NCBI GenBank assembly: GCA_051294905.1
Contig: CM119371.1
Coordinates: 22,880,001 to 22,944,000, forward strand
Length of the DNA: 64,000 nt
Direction of reading: 5' to 3'
Source of the DNA: Botryllus schlosseri
Taxonomy: Eukaryota
The notes below the pieces were generated by a model. The model had not been told where the DNA came from and ran no database searches. It saw only the letters and a program-made list of their open reading frames with translations. Shown piece after piece: positions 1 through 13,348 of this stretch. Position 1 is the stretch's first letter. Every line of letters begins with the position of its first letter. The translations under genes were made by a program, and so were the position numbers.

Positions 1-96
1 AAATCTCTGAGGATCCCACCTATTCATAGTTACATCACACATCGGTCATATTGCAGTATTCGCGAAAATAGATCTTGGAAATGTGAACGTATAACC

Positions 97-900
97 AGGA
101 TGGCGCGAACGTGCGGTTCACGTTCGCGTTCTGTGTGCGAACCTCACAAATTTAAAGCTTGGCGTTCGCAAACAAACCTTGGTAGGTTCTGCACTGTGAA
201 CCTTTATCATATATTACAATTTTCGCGTCATTATAACATCGTTGGTTGAAATCTATTGCATTTTCACTCTATGTCTGGCGCTGGCACTATAAAAATTAAC
301 GCTAAACGTGCATACCTTTACAATCTTATGACGTTTACCTACTATGTAACAAATGTTTGCTCAAGATATCCAGCTTTCTCTATGTGAATATTTAGTGACT
401 CTCTGCTGTGGGCATGAGCCGCAATCACGCAAAATCAAGAGCGAAATACGCTACATGAAGGTAGTCAGCGAATGATGCTTATTCATGCAATCAATGAAAT
501 TGACACTGTTGTCTGATGTACAAATTCCATCTCGATTTCATAAGTTTATTTTATCATAAAAACGAAATCTTAGCGAGTGGGGTGATGGCTACTGCTGTAT
601 AACTTGTTAATGGGGTAAAAGCCGTTTTACGCTCTGCTCAATATCAGCGTAGCAACACTAAGACGCCGAATACATTGCCCGGTCTGGCCTAGACCGATAA
701 GGTGAAAGCTTATATTCCCTTGCAAGACCTCGTCGAAATTGTTGGCAAAGCGAAGAAAAATATTGACAGATTGTTTGATGCCATGGAAAGTTATGATGTT
801 CATGAGAGAATTAAAAAATATGAAATTAGGTCTATATATAGAGAAATAAGCGTGAAATGGTGGTAAATCGCGCATTGCGCGAAATTTTGTTCAGTTGACC
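97..900 (+). mobile_element. Partial copy of the hAT MITE family seen at 32026-34537, without the nested insert
   Basis: 97-530 is colinear with 32027-32460 and 625-770 with 34115-34265; right boundary approximate. Confidence 0.7.
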
Positions 901-1245
901 GCTTCTTCGCGTTCCTATTACGAGTGAGTACAGACCACGAATCACGGTAACTGAATATATTTTGAAAGATTTTAACATATTCGTAATTTCAACACATCGT
1001 CATCAGTCTTATTGCAGTATTTGCGAAGATAGATCTTGCATGTTGGAAAGTATAACCAGCTCCGGTAGACTGGTAAAGTAGGCTGTGCGATCACCCTGCG
1101 TCCAAATCAGCTGTTTCAGGGTACATTCATTTCAGGCCTCTCATTTTCTATTTCGACTTGAAATAGTTGCGACACGTATTAGAAATCGCTACTTTTACAT
1201 GCGTTTGAGTATAGCTACGCGACTACTTCGATCATTTTGTTCTTA

Positions 1246-4200
1246 TCAGAATCGCTTATAATAGGAACGTTTTCGGCCTTGATCCATGTTGACTGTCAAC
1301 GAAGGAACTTCATCAACGGAAATATACGTCGCGACTATGAACGGTTTGGGATCTTCACGAACCTTATACTCTGTGCGTGTTAAAATGCATGATGCTCTTT
1401 CGTTTCCCAACACCAAGCGAACGATCTTCACTAGTTCACAGCTGCACAACAGAGGGTTTCCTTCGAGAAGCAGAAATGGAATATCTGTCATTGGTTGCAG
1501 CTTGGTTGGAGGGGTAACTTTTGTGAGGAAATTGTATTGAAGATTAATGATCTGAAAATGTGTTGACATCTTGTTACGTTATATTTATGACACTTCATAC
1601 AATTTTACATACGGTACACTGTAAAAAATAAAAACCTCGATTTACCGCGAAATGTTTGGAAGCACGGTAGCCAGACATTTCGTGGTAATATAACATTACC
1701 GTTAGTCAACGTAAATTTAACTTACATTCGTCTGGTAATCTGACTTTACACACCAGACTGTGATGTTACAGTCCCCCGCGAAATATCCAATCTACATGTT
1801 CTCCTGTACATTTACGACCGAGACTGTAATTTTACCACCTACCTACCTATACGCTGTCCGTGTAAATCTGGACTACATACCAGCTTGTAAATTCTCGTAC
1901 ATCCATACCTATCGCAAAGCAACGCGATGCTAAAATATCGGAAAAGTTTCATCACACTCCCAAAACGACATTGGTACAGACTGTATATTCATTCATGATT
2001 CACGATGAAATGTTTATCGATGGAAAAGTATTGCTGCTGGAGGTCTAATTCTTCTTTAGGAGACATGCAGTAACACGAGTGGTCTCAAGAGAAGGGGAAT
2101 TAATTCCACCACCGGCCAAACTTCCAGTTGTTTCTTTTTCTCGTCCTCATTCCTTCTGTGTAACATGCAGTTCCACTGAAAAGAATTCATGCATAAGTCG
2201 CTATATTAAGCAAAGTTGCTAACCTAGACATGACATTAAAAAGACCAAGACAAATGGGCTAACAAAAATATAACATGTTTCGAAGTACCGGTACTGGTAC
2301 ATTGTGGGATGACGGCTCCGCATTTTACATGATATAGCAGAGATTCAAGACATACTTTATCTAATGTATTGAAGCAAAAGGTTCCTCATTTGAGGTGGCG
2401 TGTGTGCCAAACAAATCCAGCAGTGAATGAAAACATATCTATGGTATGGCCCGAAAATGACGGTAAGACACCAACAGTTTCAGCTCCTCCGCGGCGGAGT
2501 ATGTGGTGGCACAGGTCACTATATAAGTCGACTAATATCCCAAAATAGAACAGAAAATGCGGCGAATGAAATATTTCAATCATGAAATCAAAGTCATCCC
2601 GGTGGTGTGCACAGTCGTAGATATTCACGGTAACAAATGCTATGTAGTACTGTACCTTTTACGATGCGTACCCCATTCAGCATTCCTAGCAATCTTCAAC
2701 GATCGTGTCCACTTTCTTCAAGCACAACAAGCTTCGCGTCACCCTTTGCTCAAATCTCAATAACGGCCACTGACCAGACGACACTCAGGCGATTTCGAAA
2801 TAAGTGATATATTCATCCGCTCACATATGCCACCAATCATATTTACTGGCCACGTTATAATGTTTGATCTAGGTCGTGTTTTCCATACAGAAACATTTAT
2901 TATTACATATAGTCCCTTTCTTTCTCATCTAATCTCGTATAAATTGATATTTATTCCAAGTGTTGTTCACTACTTACTGTACTTACTTAACGAGACGCTG
3001 CTTGTGATGTCACAGTTGTTTACAACGAATCTCAGAAACCCAGTAACGCGTAACGGTAACCTAATGTAACCCATTACTGGTCGCCTTGTCCGCCATTAAC
3101 AAATGATCAAATGAGCATGCGGTGCTGATATTTCTAGTTTCCCAAACAATATTATACATCCTAAACTGATTTTCTAACTTATCAGTTCTATCCGTGACGA
3201 CGAATGTAACCGGCGACACCGGCCGTATAGCCATAGCCTTATAATATAATATAATGGCCATGGTGTAAAACCACATTAGCTACGATTGCCAGTTGTTTCT
3301 TGTACCCTACTATATACTGTACTGAAATTGGTACTAGGGCCACCAATTTCCGTATGACAGATCCCAGTTTCGCGAACGAGGTTGAATCAGGACAAATCAC
3401 CACGAGAATGATATATCAGTAACATTCAGTTCCCCGTATACATTGGCTGCAGCGATTTTGAAGTTAATCAATTTTGCCAATAGCCTGGTAAACTGCAGTA
3501 ACGATTAACTGTCAGTAATTTTGCGAAGAAATTCTGGTAACTTGACTTCACAGCTAAATTAAGGTAATATTACATATCAAAATGTAAAATTACAAGCAAC
3601 GTTCAGTTATTGGCTGCGACCGGTAATTCGTTGTAAAATTTACAGAGATTTCCCAGTAAATCTACCAGATTTTTTACAGTGTACATGTTGTGAATCGAAT
3701 ATACCTCATTGCATCCAAGAGATATATTCGATTCAAAACAATTTTATTAACTAAGACTAACAATGAATGGAAACGTAATGGTTTTATTCAGACTTATACA
3801 GCAGATAACGTTCAGACAATCAACCAATATTCACGAAACAGAAATGAGACGATAGCGATCACCACAGAACGTATATATGAGGGTAATTAAAAAATGATGT
3901 GGTCCTGTTAAAACCACCAACCCAATGTGACCCGTATTTCAGAATCCGGTTTATGTGAGTCTGATAACTTCCTATTACACGCATTACATCGAACACCCAG
4001 GTCGCTGTCTTCGTTTTTGATCTGCATCAATCATACCTGTTCTCGCGTGCTTGCGATACAGAGACTTGGCCTAACAATTTGAGAAATTGAAGATTCACAA
4101 TAGCAATAAATGGCTTGGTTACGGGTGCCAATTACGATTCGCGTATTGAAGTACATATGGAATGGTGAACCTTAGGGACAATAAGGCGACATCGAGTGAC

Positions 4201-6754
4201 ATGTTTAACCAACTTGACCAATATATTACGTAAGCTCCAGCATAAAGCGGCGAGGAACAGGTTGGAGATTGATTGCCGAAGGCCAGTGACTAATAGGAGC
4301 CGCATTCAAATGCATAGTCCAAACAACTTTATAAAAATGTAGAATTAATTATAAAACGGCGTGGTGATTATTATTGAGATTGATGAGTGAACTTTGAGAA
4401 ATCAGGACTACATTCATTAGCGTCACCATTTTCATCAATTCAACAACAAAATATATGTATGGGCGGTTATTAAAATGGACAGTGAGTATTCTGGAGAATT
4501 TTTTACTGATTATAGTACACTGTCGCGCTCGACAGACATTAAATCACGCAATAACATGACTATAAGTTGTTGCTCCGACAGCTTACCGCGTGATTCGCTC
4601 TTTAGATTGTATTTTGGAAAACGGTAAGTCAGGGGTTGCCAACGAAAAAAATTTCAGATTCTCGAATGAATTTTCTCATTAATTTTAATAGTTTTACATA
4701 TTACTATCAAACAATTACCTTTTCTCGGCCCATATGATCAGATTCAACGGCATAGAGATGATGCAGGGGGTGTTTCCGAAAATTTAAGGCAAGATATAAA
4801 TTATGATGGATCTTCAGGTGGACCAATTGTTATTAGTCACTTTGTTATATGCTATTATTTCTTGACTTCCAATCTGGATTGTCAGTATAGTTAGGAGCAC
4901 ACGATTCCGAGTTGATATTTCCATGTGAGGCGCATCATTTTCCTCTGCTGTTCGCATCTATATTGTGGGGCTCTGATAACAACGGGCGCTACTATAATAA
5001 AATTGAAACTGAAGTCAAATGAAATCGCGCGCAGCGCGAAGAAAATTTCAAGTATAATTAAAATCGGGAGTCAATTCGTTAAATTCAAATTGCATTTCGA
5101 CGGCCACCAACATATACTAATTGAATTACGTGTCTAGGGCCGCACAAATTGCCCTCTACGGTCGCAGGTTGGCCAGCCCTGGGATGAATACCTTCAAACT
5201 CCATGGGCTTTCCAGCAATGTTTCGCTCACATATCGCACTTGATTGTATGAGAAGTCGGCAACGATCACAGAATGAGGAATGTCGCCTTTGACGATCATA
5301 TTAAGGTTTCCGTGTCGCATGATGATTACTGACAGATTCCCACTTTCAGATGGATGTCCCACTGTCTGAAATTAATTTCTGTGACATGAGTAGGCCTATA
5401 CCGCTTGCGCTCGGGTTATGCGTAAGTCGATTAGAAACACTTTGAGCAGCTTCAATTTTGGTTTCGATGGTGCTACTGATTCAGTCTATAGAGGTGGTCT
5501 GCGTAGTAATTTAGTACTCATGTGAAGGTAGCAGTAGCACCGCGAATTCTTAGTCAAGTCCAAGCAAGAATAACAAGAATGAACACTGAAATTCAGGCTC
5601 AATTCCAATTCATGCCCAAAGCTCTCGCGTTCCACCTAGCGTACGGACGTTAGTGGATTTAGAAGTACAGGCCATCTGCCCCGTAAAGTACCATACCGAT
5701 ATTGGTATTCAGCATGGTATCAGTGTCCTAGAGGGTATGGAGCTGTGTAAACAACGAGATCAACGGCACTGCATTTTGGTTACGTCATACTTCCCCTTTA
5801 GCCAAAGGCATATTTACAGCCCTTTTGACCGGCTTGGTGAGCCCTAAATTTGACACAAGGGGTGTAGATGGAAAGCTGCTTCTGTACTGATTACGAAAAT
5901 ATAAATTATGTTTTGCCCATGGCTCTGGAAACCACCAAAATCAGACTCGAATTTTCCATCGTGATCGAGTTTGGCATTGTGACGCAGGAATTCTGTCAGG
6001 CAAGACGAAACTGCAGATTAGGAGAAACAGACAGAGACGGCAGTGTTCCGTCACAATGCCATATCCGATAAGAATGCAATATGCGAGACTGATTTTGAAG
6101 GGTTCCAGGGCAATAATCAGAATTTATGTTTTCGTAATCAGTACAGCAGCAGCTTTCCATTAATATCCGTTTGATCAAATTCAGCGCCCGGTGAGCCGGT
6201 CAAAAATGTCCGTAAAATTGCCTTTGGCCACATGGAAAATATGACGTAACTTGAATGCAGTCAGCTGTTCAGTCTTGCTGTGCCCACACCATTTACGACA
6301 CTATGATGATATCATCGCAATTCGCAACTTGTACCGTCCTACCCCGAAATTATCCAACGTATCATTGAAAAGTAACCGCTCATGAGATATATCAATAACG
6401 CCGAACCGTTCATACCTTATCTTCAATGGGTATATTGCTGGCTTCTAATATCTGTAAGGACGAAGCGTTGTATCCCTTGCAGAAAATAATTCCCCCGATA
6501 CATTGAAGGTTGTAATCGCGATCATAAGTATCCAGAATGGAGACGAGCGAGCCATATGCCACTGCACCTTCGTCTATGGTCGCGTTGAGAAAAGGAAATA
6601 CGTTTTGTGCGTACCATATGCCTCGCGTGGTCACATGTGTGATGTTATCGCATAGACATCCGCTGGGACAGAATGAGGCAACACAGGTAGCGATTGGTAA
6701 TTGATATACAATTACCGCGAGGGCAATGATCATCTGCCTTTCACAATGTTTCAT
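1246..6754 (-). CDS. Small putatively secreted leucine-rich repeat protein (LRR gene B), 3 exons, ~272 aa
   Basis: Exons 6754-6416 (signal-like IIALAVIVYQLPIATCVA, LRRNT-like CPSGCLC, donor AAG|GTATGA), 5365-5192 (IPHSVIVADFSYNQVRYVSETLLESPWSLK) and 1551-1246 (IINLQYNFLTKV...LLLEGNPLLCSC, stop). All junctions are phase 0 GT-AG, and the SLK|IINLQYNFL junction rebuilds an LxxLxLxxNxL repeat. Additional exons cannot be excluded. Confidence 0.7.
1617..3681. mobile_element. Non-autonomous DNA transposon with CACTGTAAAAAAT TIRs (CMC/EnSpm-like), in intron 2 of LRR gene B
   Basis: TA|CACTGTAAAAAAT ... ATTTTTTACAGTG|TA; subterminal regions rich in GTAAAT/TTTAC motifs. Superfamily assignment is inference. 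Confidence 0.75.
4630..5181. mobile_element. Degenerate hAT-like MITE related to 37756-38244
   Basis: Ends CAGGGGTTGCCAAC ... GTTGGCCAGCCCTG; the right end is similar to the reverse complement of 37756-37860; no clean TSD. Confidence 0.5.
5768..6261. repeat. Long imperfect inverted repeat (foldback MITE-like), intron 1 of LRR gene B
   Basis: Arms of ~230 bp, e.g. TTTTGACCGGCT/AGCCGGTCAAAA, TGTACTGATTACGAAAA/TTTTCGTAATCAGTACA, TGGCATTGTGACG/CGTCACAATGCCA. Confidence 0.8.
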
Positions 6755-7127
6755 TAATATTAATAGTTTACTACTGTACGTCTTACATGCGTGAATGGAA
6801 AGATGAGGTTATCAATCCAGGCTTCCATATATATTTAAATTTAACGTAACTATACCAATCTTTAGGAGTCTGGTTTAGTCATTGGTCACAATCGCCGAAT
6901 TGCCTAAAGCGAGCTAACATGCATATAATGATGCAATGCATGACGGGTCAAGCCAAACAAATTGATGTCATAACCATGTTTGGGCAATTGGCATATACAA
7001 TGATTCTGATTGATGCTCGAATCCGAGAAGACATTTGTGTATTATATATTCAATGAATCGAGACGAGGAATAAATATTTACCCATAGTGTCCTACAATGG
7101 TGTGGACACAAGCAACTGTCACGGCTC

Positions 7128-7625
7128 ACTGCAATTGGTCTATGTCACACTTTGCATTTGGCTAAAGGTAATTTGACGGCAATTTTTGACCGGCTTGCCG
7201 AGAGCGAAATTTAATAGAATTGTTGTCAATCGAAGGCTACCATGGTACTGACTGCAAAAATAATAATTTCGTTCTGCTCGTGGTCCTGGAACGCCTCGAA
7301 ATCAGCCTCGAATGTTACATTGTAACGGAGTTTGGTATTGTGACGCAACCATGCCGTCTGGGAGCAGGTGAGGAGCAGCGCAAACCGCAAGCGTATTAGC
7401 CGTTGTTGCGCCAACGATTGAGCATTCTCACTCTAACTCTAGCATCGCTGTACGACCCTTGCTCCGACCTGCACCATATTATACCAAACGGCAATGTTGT
7501 GTCACAATACCAATCTCCCTTGCAGTACAACATTCGAGGCTGATTTCTGGAGGTTCCAGGACCAGGAGCAGGATAAAATCTTTATTTTCGCAATCAGTAC
7601 CGCGGAGCTTCCGATTGATACCAAT
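7128..7625. repeat. Second, diverged foldback element of the same family, upstream of LRR gene B
   Basis: Left part is colinear with 5768-6000; internal arms ~7225-7350 and ~7485-7620 (AAATCAGCCTCGAATGTT/AACATTCGAGGCTGATTT). Confidence 0.7.
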
Positions 7626-7836
7626 TTTCAATTTCCCCGCAAAGTACTAAATGCGACTCTGAGGTCGACGAATGCTTGGTGCACTTCTGCTGTCTTGAAA
7701 TTTCCAATAATGTATTACACTCACAATTCCTATTGGTACACTTATGTAGGAGTGCTACTTTTCTGACATTCATATTTCCTTAATCGGTGGTATATCGTAC
7801 AAGTAAATGAATATGGAAGCATCGGTCTATGTAGCC

Positions 7837-8275
7837 AAGTGGTTCCCAACCTGTGGTACGTGAAGGTCTTTCAGGTCGTACGCGAGTATAGATTCTGTTT
7901 TTGTCGATCGAAGGGAGATAATAGTTCAGGTGGGGTTGATTTTGAATTTTTTGAAGCCGTCGTCGTCGTGGCTGGGGGCAATCGCACCAATGACGGCCTA
8001 CGGGGAAGAGATCCAGTCGTAAAGCATCGGGATTTTTCCCTAACCAAATTCCGTTTTAATATATTTGACCACATGAGTACCAAATGGATCCACTTCCGAA
8101 ATCATATGCTGCGCCTTAAAATGGGCAGTGCATATTCTGTTTCGCTGCCTTCGGCTGCTCAACACAGTAGAAACATTTTGGCCGCATTCGGCGCGAGAAA
8201 CTTATGTAGGTGTTACGCGGGCACTGCATAAAACCTCGAAATGGTCCGTGGGTGGGAAAAGGTTGGGAACCACTG
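7837..8275. mobile_element. hAT (Buster/Charlie-like) MITE
   Basis: TIR AGTGGTTCCCAACC/GGTTGGGAACCACTG; TSD ATGTAGCC/ATGTAGAC. Confidence 0.85.
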
Positions 8276-10957
8276 ATGTAGACGGTATCACCCTTTTTCA
8301 CTATTGTAGTTGAGGGACTGTATTGCCGATCCTTATGCCACTGTGTAGTGTGTATGGATATACAACCTGAGCTTATTAACCGACATCGTTGTCCTTCATA
8401 CTGTGTCTAATTCTGACCAAATATATCTGATTAGCGCTGACCAACTGTAACATGCAGCTACGGATCTTATATCCTAAAAAACTCTGCGTCTTCTATTTGG
8501 CGGTTAGCAATACCGTCGTTGTCCAGCGACGGCTCTGCACGAATAAGTAATTGGCATACGTTCAACAACATGAGCGAAAAAGTTCAGCACTACATGTCCA
8601 CAGGGACTTGCGGAGAAACATTCTTCTGAATATCAACTGAACTTGCAGTCCACATCTATTCCTATCTTAGTTCGATGGAATTGATCTCCCTTACATACAA
8701 GGGCAATGGAATGACATGGCATATTCCCACGCTCAATAGCGAGTAATCAATAATTAAAACTGCGAACGATTGATTTGTTCAATTTGTTTGAAATTCACTA
8801 CTGTAGATGTAATGACAGGGATTATCTCGCATTGCGGCTGTCGCATTCACCGATCTATATTAGTGCATTGAGGGATTTTGACGACAGGGTATTCTCAATT
8901 GCCCTCAAATCCTGGTTGGAACATGTAATATCCAGGTTTCTCTCAGACATTGAAGACAAAACAAACCCATTTGCACCATATTCAAACACGTTATTAGGCA
9001 CTGCCATGATAAACTCGGCTGTTGTTACAGCATATGTTCGACTTCCAAATTCCCGATATCTTCAGATGCGATATTTACGCACTGAATTAACGGAACAACT
9101 TCTACAATATGTTGAGCCGATTGTTCTAGATTTTGGACTAATCGCCGAATATAATTATTATCGACAAATGATGAGAACATATTCGTTACAATCATTTTGA
9201 AATCCTATTCCTTCCAAGGCTAACTTTACCTCCGTATGTATGCCTCTAATTATTATCCATTCCCCCAAGAATTCGCATCAAATAATAGCAAAAGAGAATA
9301 ATTTAAACGCACATGTTCGCAATCAATATTGATCAAGGTTAAGCGTCAGCCAATTACCACCACAATCGATATTGGCATATAGGGAACGGCTTTACGAAAT
9401 CTGTTCCGATGCATGCCGGTGAAATTTAAGTCAATGTCTCCAAGTGCAGCGATAAGTATGTAGTTGTAATTGTTGTACTAAAATTTAGTTAAACAAAGAC
9501 AGTAGCGAAAAAATGATGAATTTATTCGTAATAACTTATGAAGCTTGATAGCATCACATGCTACACATTATATCGAAGACCGACTGAAAAGCTGCAAGCA
9601 TGGCCGCATTAACTGGGTAAAAGACCCGGTGCAAAGAAGTCAGCAGGTCGCATATGTCGCGTAAGTATTCCGGTTAAGGGGGCCGTGAAAAAAGGTTAAC
9701 AGCTACTGTGTTAGAGTTTTATCTAGGCATCTCCTCTCCTCGCGATATAACGCAGATATTTAATTCCAACAACATTAACAATAACAATAAAAATAAAAAC
9801 AGCAACAACAGCAGCACCTTCAGCATTGCCAATAGTTTACCAATCGATTACTATTATACAATAGGGTTGCCATACGTCTGTAATTTCTCGGACATGTCCG
9901 GAATTTCACTGTTAAATCTGCGTCCTGGAGGAAATTCGAAAATATGCTTAAATGTCCGGAATTTTTAAGGCTTGAAGTGGGCTCATCATTTTTTCGTAAA
10001 TTAACATGAACAAGATTATTTCTGGGCAGATTTATGCTATAATCGAAGTTTTCTTCGCGTCGCGCGTGATTAAGTATCACATATTTTGATTTTAGTATGG
10101 GGTCGTGGGTCGTTTGCCTATATTCGGGCGTTCGCGAAAATGTGGAACGTAATCATCTTCCAAAATAGGCCGTGCGTAAGTCGGGGCAAAACTGCTATCC
10201 TTTTTGTAGTATTCAGCTTATCAAATTTTGAGTTGGGTAACCGACCATTTTCTAATCGAAAATCGAGTCGCGACCATAAAGGTTGGAAACCAACGGATGT
10301 GTGGTGTTTATAGCTCAATGGTGCGTACCGGCATTAGGCTTATAAATGATCTTATCGGTTAGACCTGAACATGACTTAACGATGTACAATGATGCTCCCT
10401 GCATTTTCGAAGTCATCATCTTCCACTCGCTCTGCCGCTAACTCTGCTCATGCGGGCGGAAGGAGGATCAAAACTATATAGTAATAGATGGAAGGACCAA
10501 TATTATTGAGAAAAATCATTCAAACAATTTAGGGCGGATTGCACAGATGTCGATTAAACCCTAATCGCCGATTAAACGTCAGTAATCGGCTGGCTTCCGT
10601 GGCACAGATGCCGATTTGCCACTAATCGGTGAATTTTAATCGGCCAAATATTATCCGCCGAGCGAGGTGTCTAGAAAGTTAATCGGCTGTGTGCTTCGCG
10701 TTGACTGCGGTCTGGGCTGGCTACAGGTACACTAGTATTTGGTATTGAGATGGTGTTAACTGGATGCTCTGACGTGCAGTTGCGGTATTAGCTGAAAACA
10801 TTGTACTCAGACACTACTACAACTGTTGGCGCATATTATGGGCGTGGGCCTACCACAGCCGATAGTACCTTATGCTATGATTACCGGTATGACATTTTTT
10901 ACAGACTGTACTGTACACTGTGCAGAATTCGATAGTATACTTTGGAAATAAAATACG

Positions 10958-12729
10958 AGGACGGAAAATTGCAACAGACAGGAAAAGTTTAGAATAATTG
11001 AATTGATAGAAGAATACATTGAAACCAAAGAAGACAAAAAGACTGACGGCATAACAAAAAGATGCGGCCTGAGATGTAATCAGTAAGAAATATGCAGCTA
11101 TGAATACTGGTCCTGCGCGTGCAGCCGTACAACTGGCCAACTCCAGAATGTATTGAAAACTTTGAAACATAAAGCAAAAAAGTTATATGCATCACGACGC
11201 GTCGAACGGGCCAAAACTGGCCCACCTCCAGTTGACGAACTCCTTGGAAAAGGTTTTTGATAGGTAATTTTACAGACAATTCTTTAAAATTCGCAGTAGG
11301 AGATGTATTGTTTCCATCTGTGTTTATCGTGACACTCTGCGTGCTTCATACTCGCGTTTTAACGCTCGTTTTGAACTGAATAGACAAATTGTGATGATCA
11401 TGAGAAACATGGATTTATTGTCTTTTTGTAATTCCCAACAAACTAACCATATCCAGAGACTGCTGCACGTCATCAGCTATACGAAAACGACACATTGGGA
11501 ACACTGCTCAGCAAATTCCTAATCTGAAACGCTCCTTGATCAATCTGCAATTGATTTTTATAGCACTGGTATATTTATTATAACTTTTCAGACCTTATTC
11601 CATCTCAAATTGAATGTTTGAAACATCGGTATGACTACGATTGCGTATTCGATAGTCACACGAACAATGGTGAGTGCATTTAGGACATAAACTTTTTTAA
11701 TATGTTACAACCAACAACAGAGGAACTTGCATCCAATTTTAACTTGCAACAGTCTGGCTTTGCTACTGTGATGTGCAGGTGCCTGAGCAGTCCTATTCTT
11801 GGGTGATGGCCGGAGCTATGCTACACTAATAAGTTCCGCCTCAATTTATGCGTATTTTCCCCCTCAATTTATGCGTATTTTCGAGTAATCAAACTGATAA
11901 TCGAAAGGTCGCAATCCTATTCCAAAGCAATCCTATTCCAACTCGAGTCAAGTCATGATTTTAGTCATCCATCCTTCCTATGTTTCGCGAGGTTAAGATA
12001 AACCGTGAAAAAATAATTTGAAAGTAACTTTTCTAATGTATTTCTGACTACAATTTTTAAATAAAATGTTTATTCAGATGCATATTCCGAAGATTCAGTT
12101 TGCACCTTCATCATCGACGAGGATGTGAACACAGAGGCTGGTTGTTCATGTCACAACAGCGATGGTAAGTTGAGGTACTAATTTGAAATCCATATGAATC
12201 GTGTTGGTACTAACATAGCCACACGAATACTTCAAATAGAACATTGCGGGTTGTTTTGATTGACATTAACATTGCTCTGTTGAATTTGAACTCTATTGAA
12301 TCAATACAACTGGTGTTAACCATAGTTTTCTTGCAGCAAATGAAATTGCTGCCCTTTTCGTTGTTGATGGCGATGTGACGCTTCCTTCAGTTCCCTCGAC
12401 AGACTTCAGGATGGAACACCAGACCGGTAAGTGTTAGCATACAATGATGGTGATGCAACCCACAGTTTATTCATGACTACATTCAGATATGCAAGATGAA
12501 ACAGAGAACACAAAAAGCTCAACGCCAATTGTCGCGAAAAAGAGAGCCAGGTGTGTTGATGAAAAAAAATCATATTTTACCTATAATGTTGGTGATCAAA
12601 ATGTGGTGTTCAGAAATGAGCGTCCTGGAAATGGCAAAGGAGCAGCATGATATCAGAATGAAATATTTTGAATTACAGATGCATGTCAAGTACCAGAAAC
12701 TGGAAATGGAAAAAGAACTGCAAAATTGA
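10958..12729 (+). pseudogene. Harbinger-associated Myb/SANT-like DNA-binding protein remnant
   Basis: 10958-11140 reads RTENCNRQEKFRIIELIEEYIETKEDKKTDGIT/KDAA*DVISKKY..RAAVQL, with a frameshift and TGA where Trp is expected. A coiled-coil-like end EQHDIRMKYFELQMHVKYQKLEMEKELQN lies at ~12640-12729. Confidence 0.65.
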
Positions 12730-13153
12730 GAAAATACAGCAACGAATCGAAATAGCACAAAAACCAGACTTGGACAACTAGTTAATTGGCTGTATAATTA
12801 GAATAGTAAGAATTATATTGCTGGCATTTTGCACTAACTTAATTTCTGGTTTTGCTGAAAATTCTACAGTAGAACTCTACAATACTAAGCGAGTTGTGCA
12901 GATTCAATTTCCAAATTTTCACATATTCAGTAATCCCTATTCTAATTTAATTGAAAAATAACTACTGTGTCTATAATTCTATTCTAATTTGGAAAAATAT
13001 GCAGCCATAATTATCATTATAGTCTAATTTTGAAAAGCTGATTTTCTAGTTGTCCAATTCTGACTACAGCATAGGCTACTGGATCTCGTAATAAAAATAA
13101 TTGACGAGGAATTGAATGTGTGGTTATTGGTGTTCAAACACGAGATGAAATAC

Positions 13154-13348
13154 TCAAGACATTCCAGAGAAGTGATTTTGAACAATCTGTCTGCGCTGAA
13201 GTCGTGCCGTCACGTTATCGGTGTCGCTAACCTCCAGGGTATATTCCAATGGATTTGCTCTGTCTTTGACCAATCTTCTTGGCACTCTCTCTTCTGCTAG
13301 GCTCTCTAACATCTGGAGGGTAGCAAGAACATTGAGGTATGGATCCAT
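13154..13348 (-). pseudogene. Internally deleted Harbinger (HARBI1-like) transposase remnant
   Basis: MDPYLNVLATLQMLESLAEERVPRRLVKDRANPLE resembles Harbinger transposase N-termini and is joined almost directly to a C-terminus-like RRQIVQNHF; no DDE core is visible. Confidence 0.5.

Noticed and set aside
8775..9200. 141-aa + strand ORF, and a - strand ITCSNQDLRAI LRRNT-like fragment
   Set aside because: TTG start, no recognisable domain or splice chain; the opposite-strand fragment is bounded by stops.
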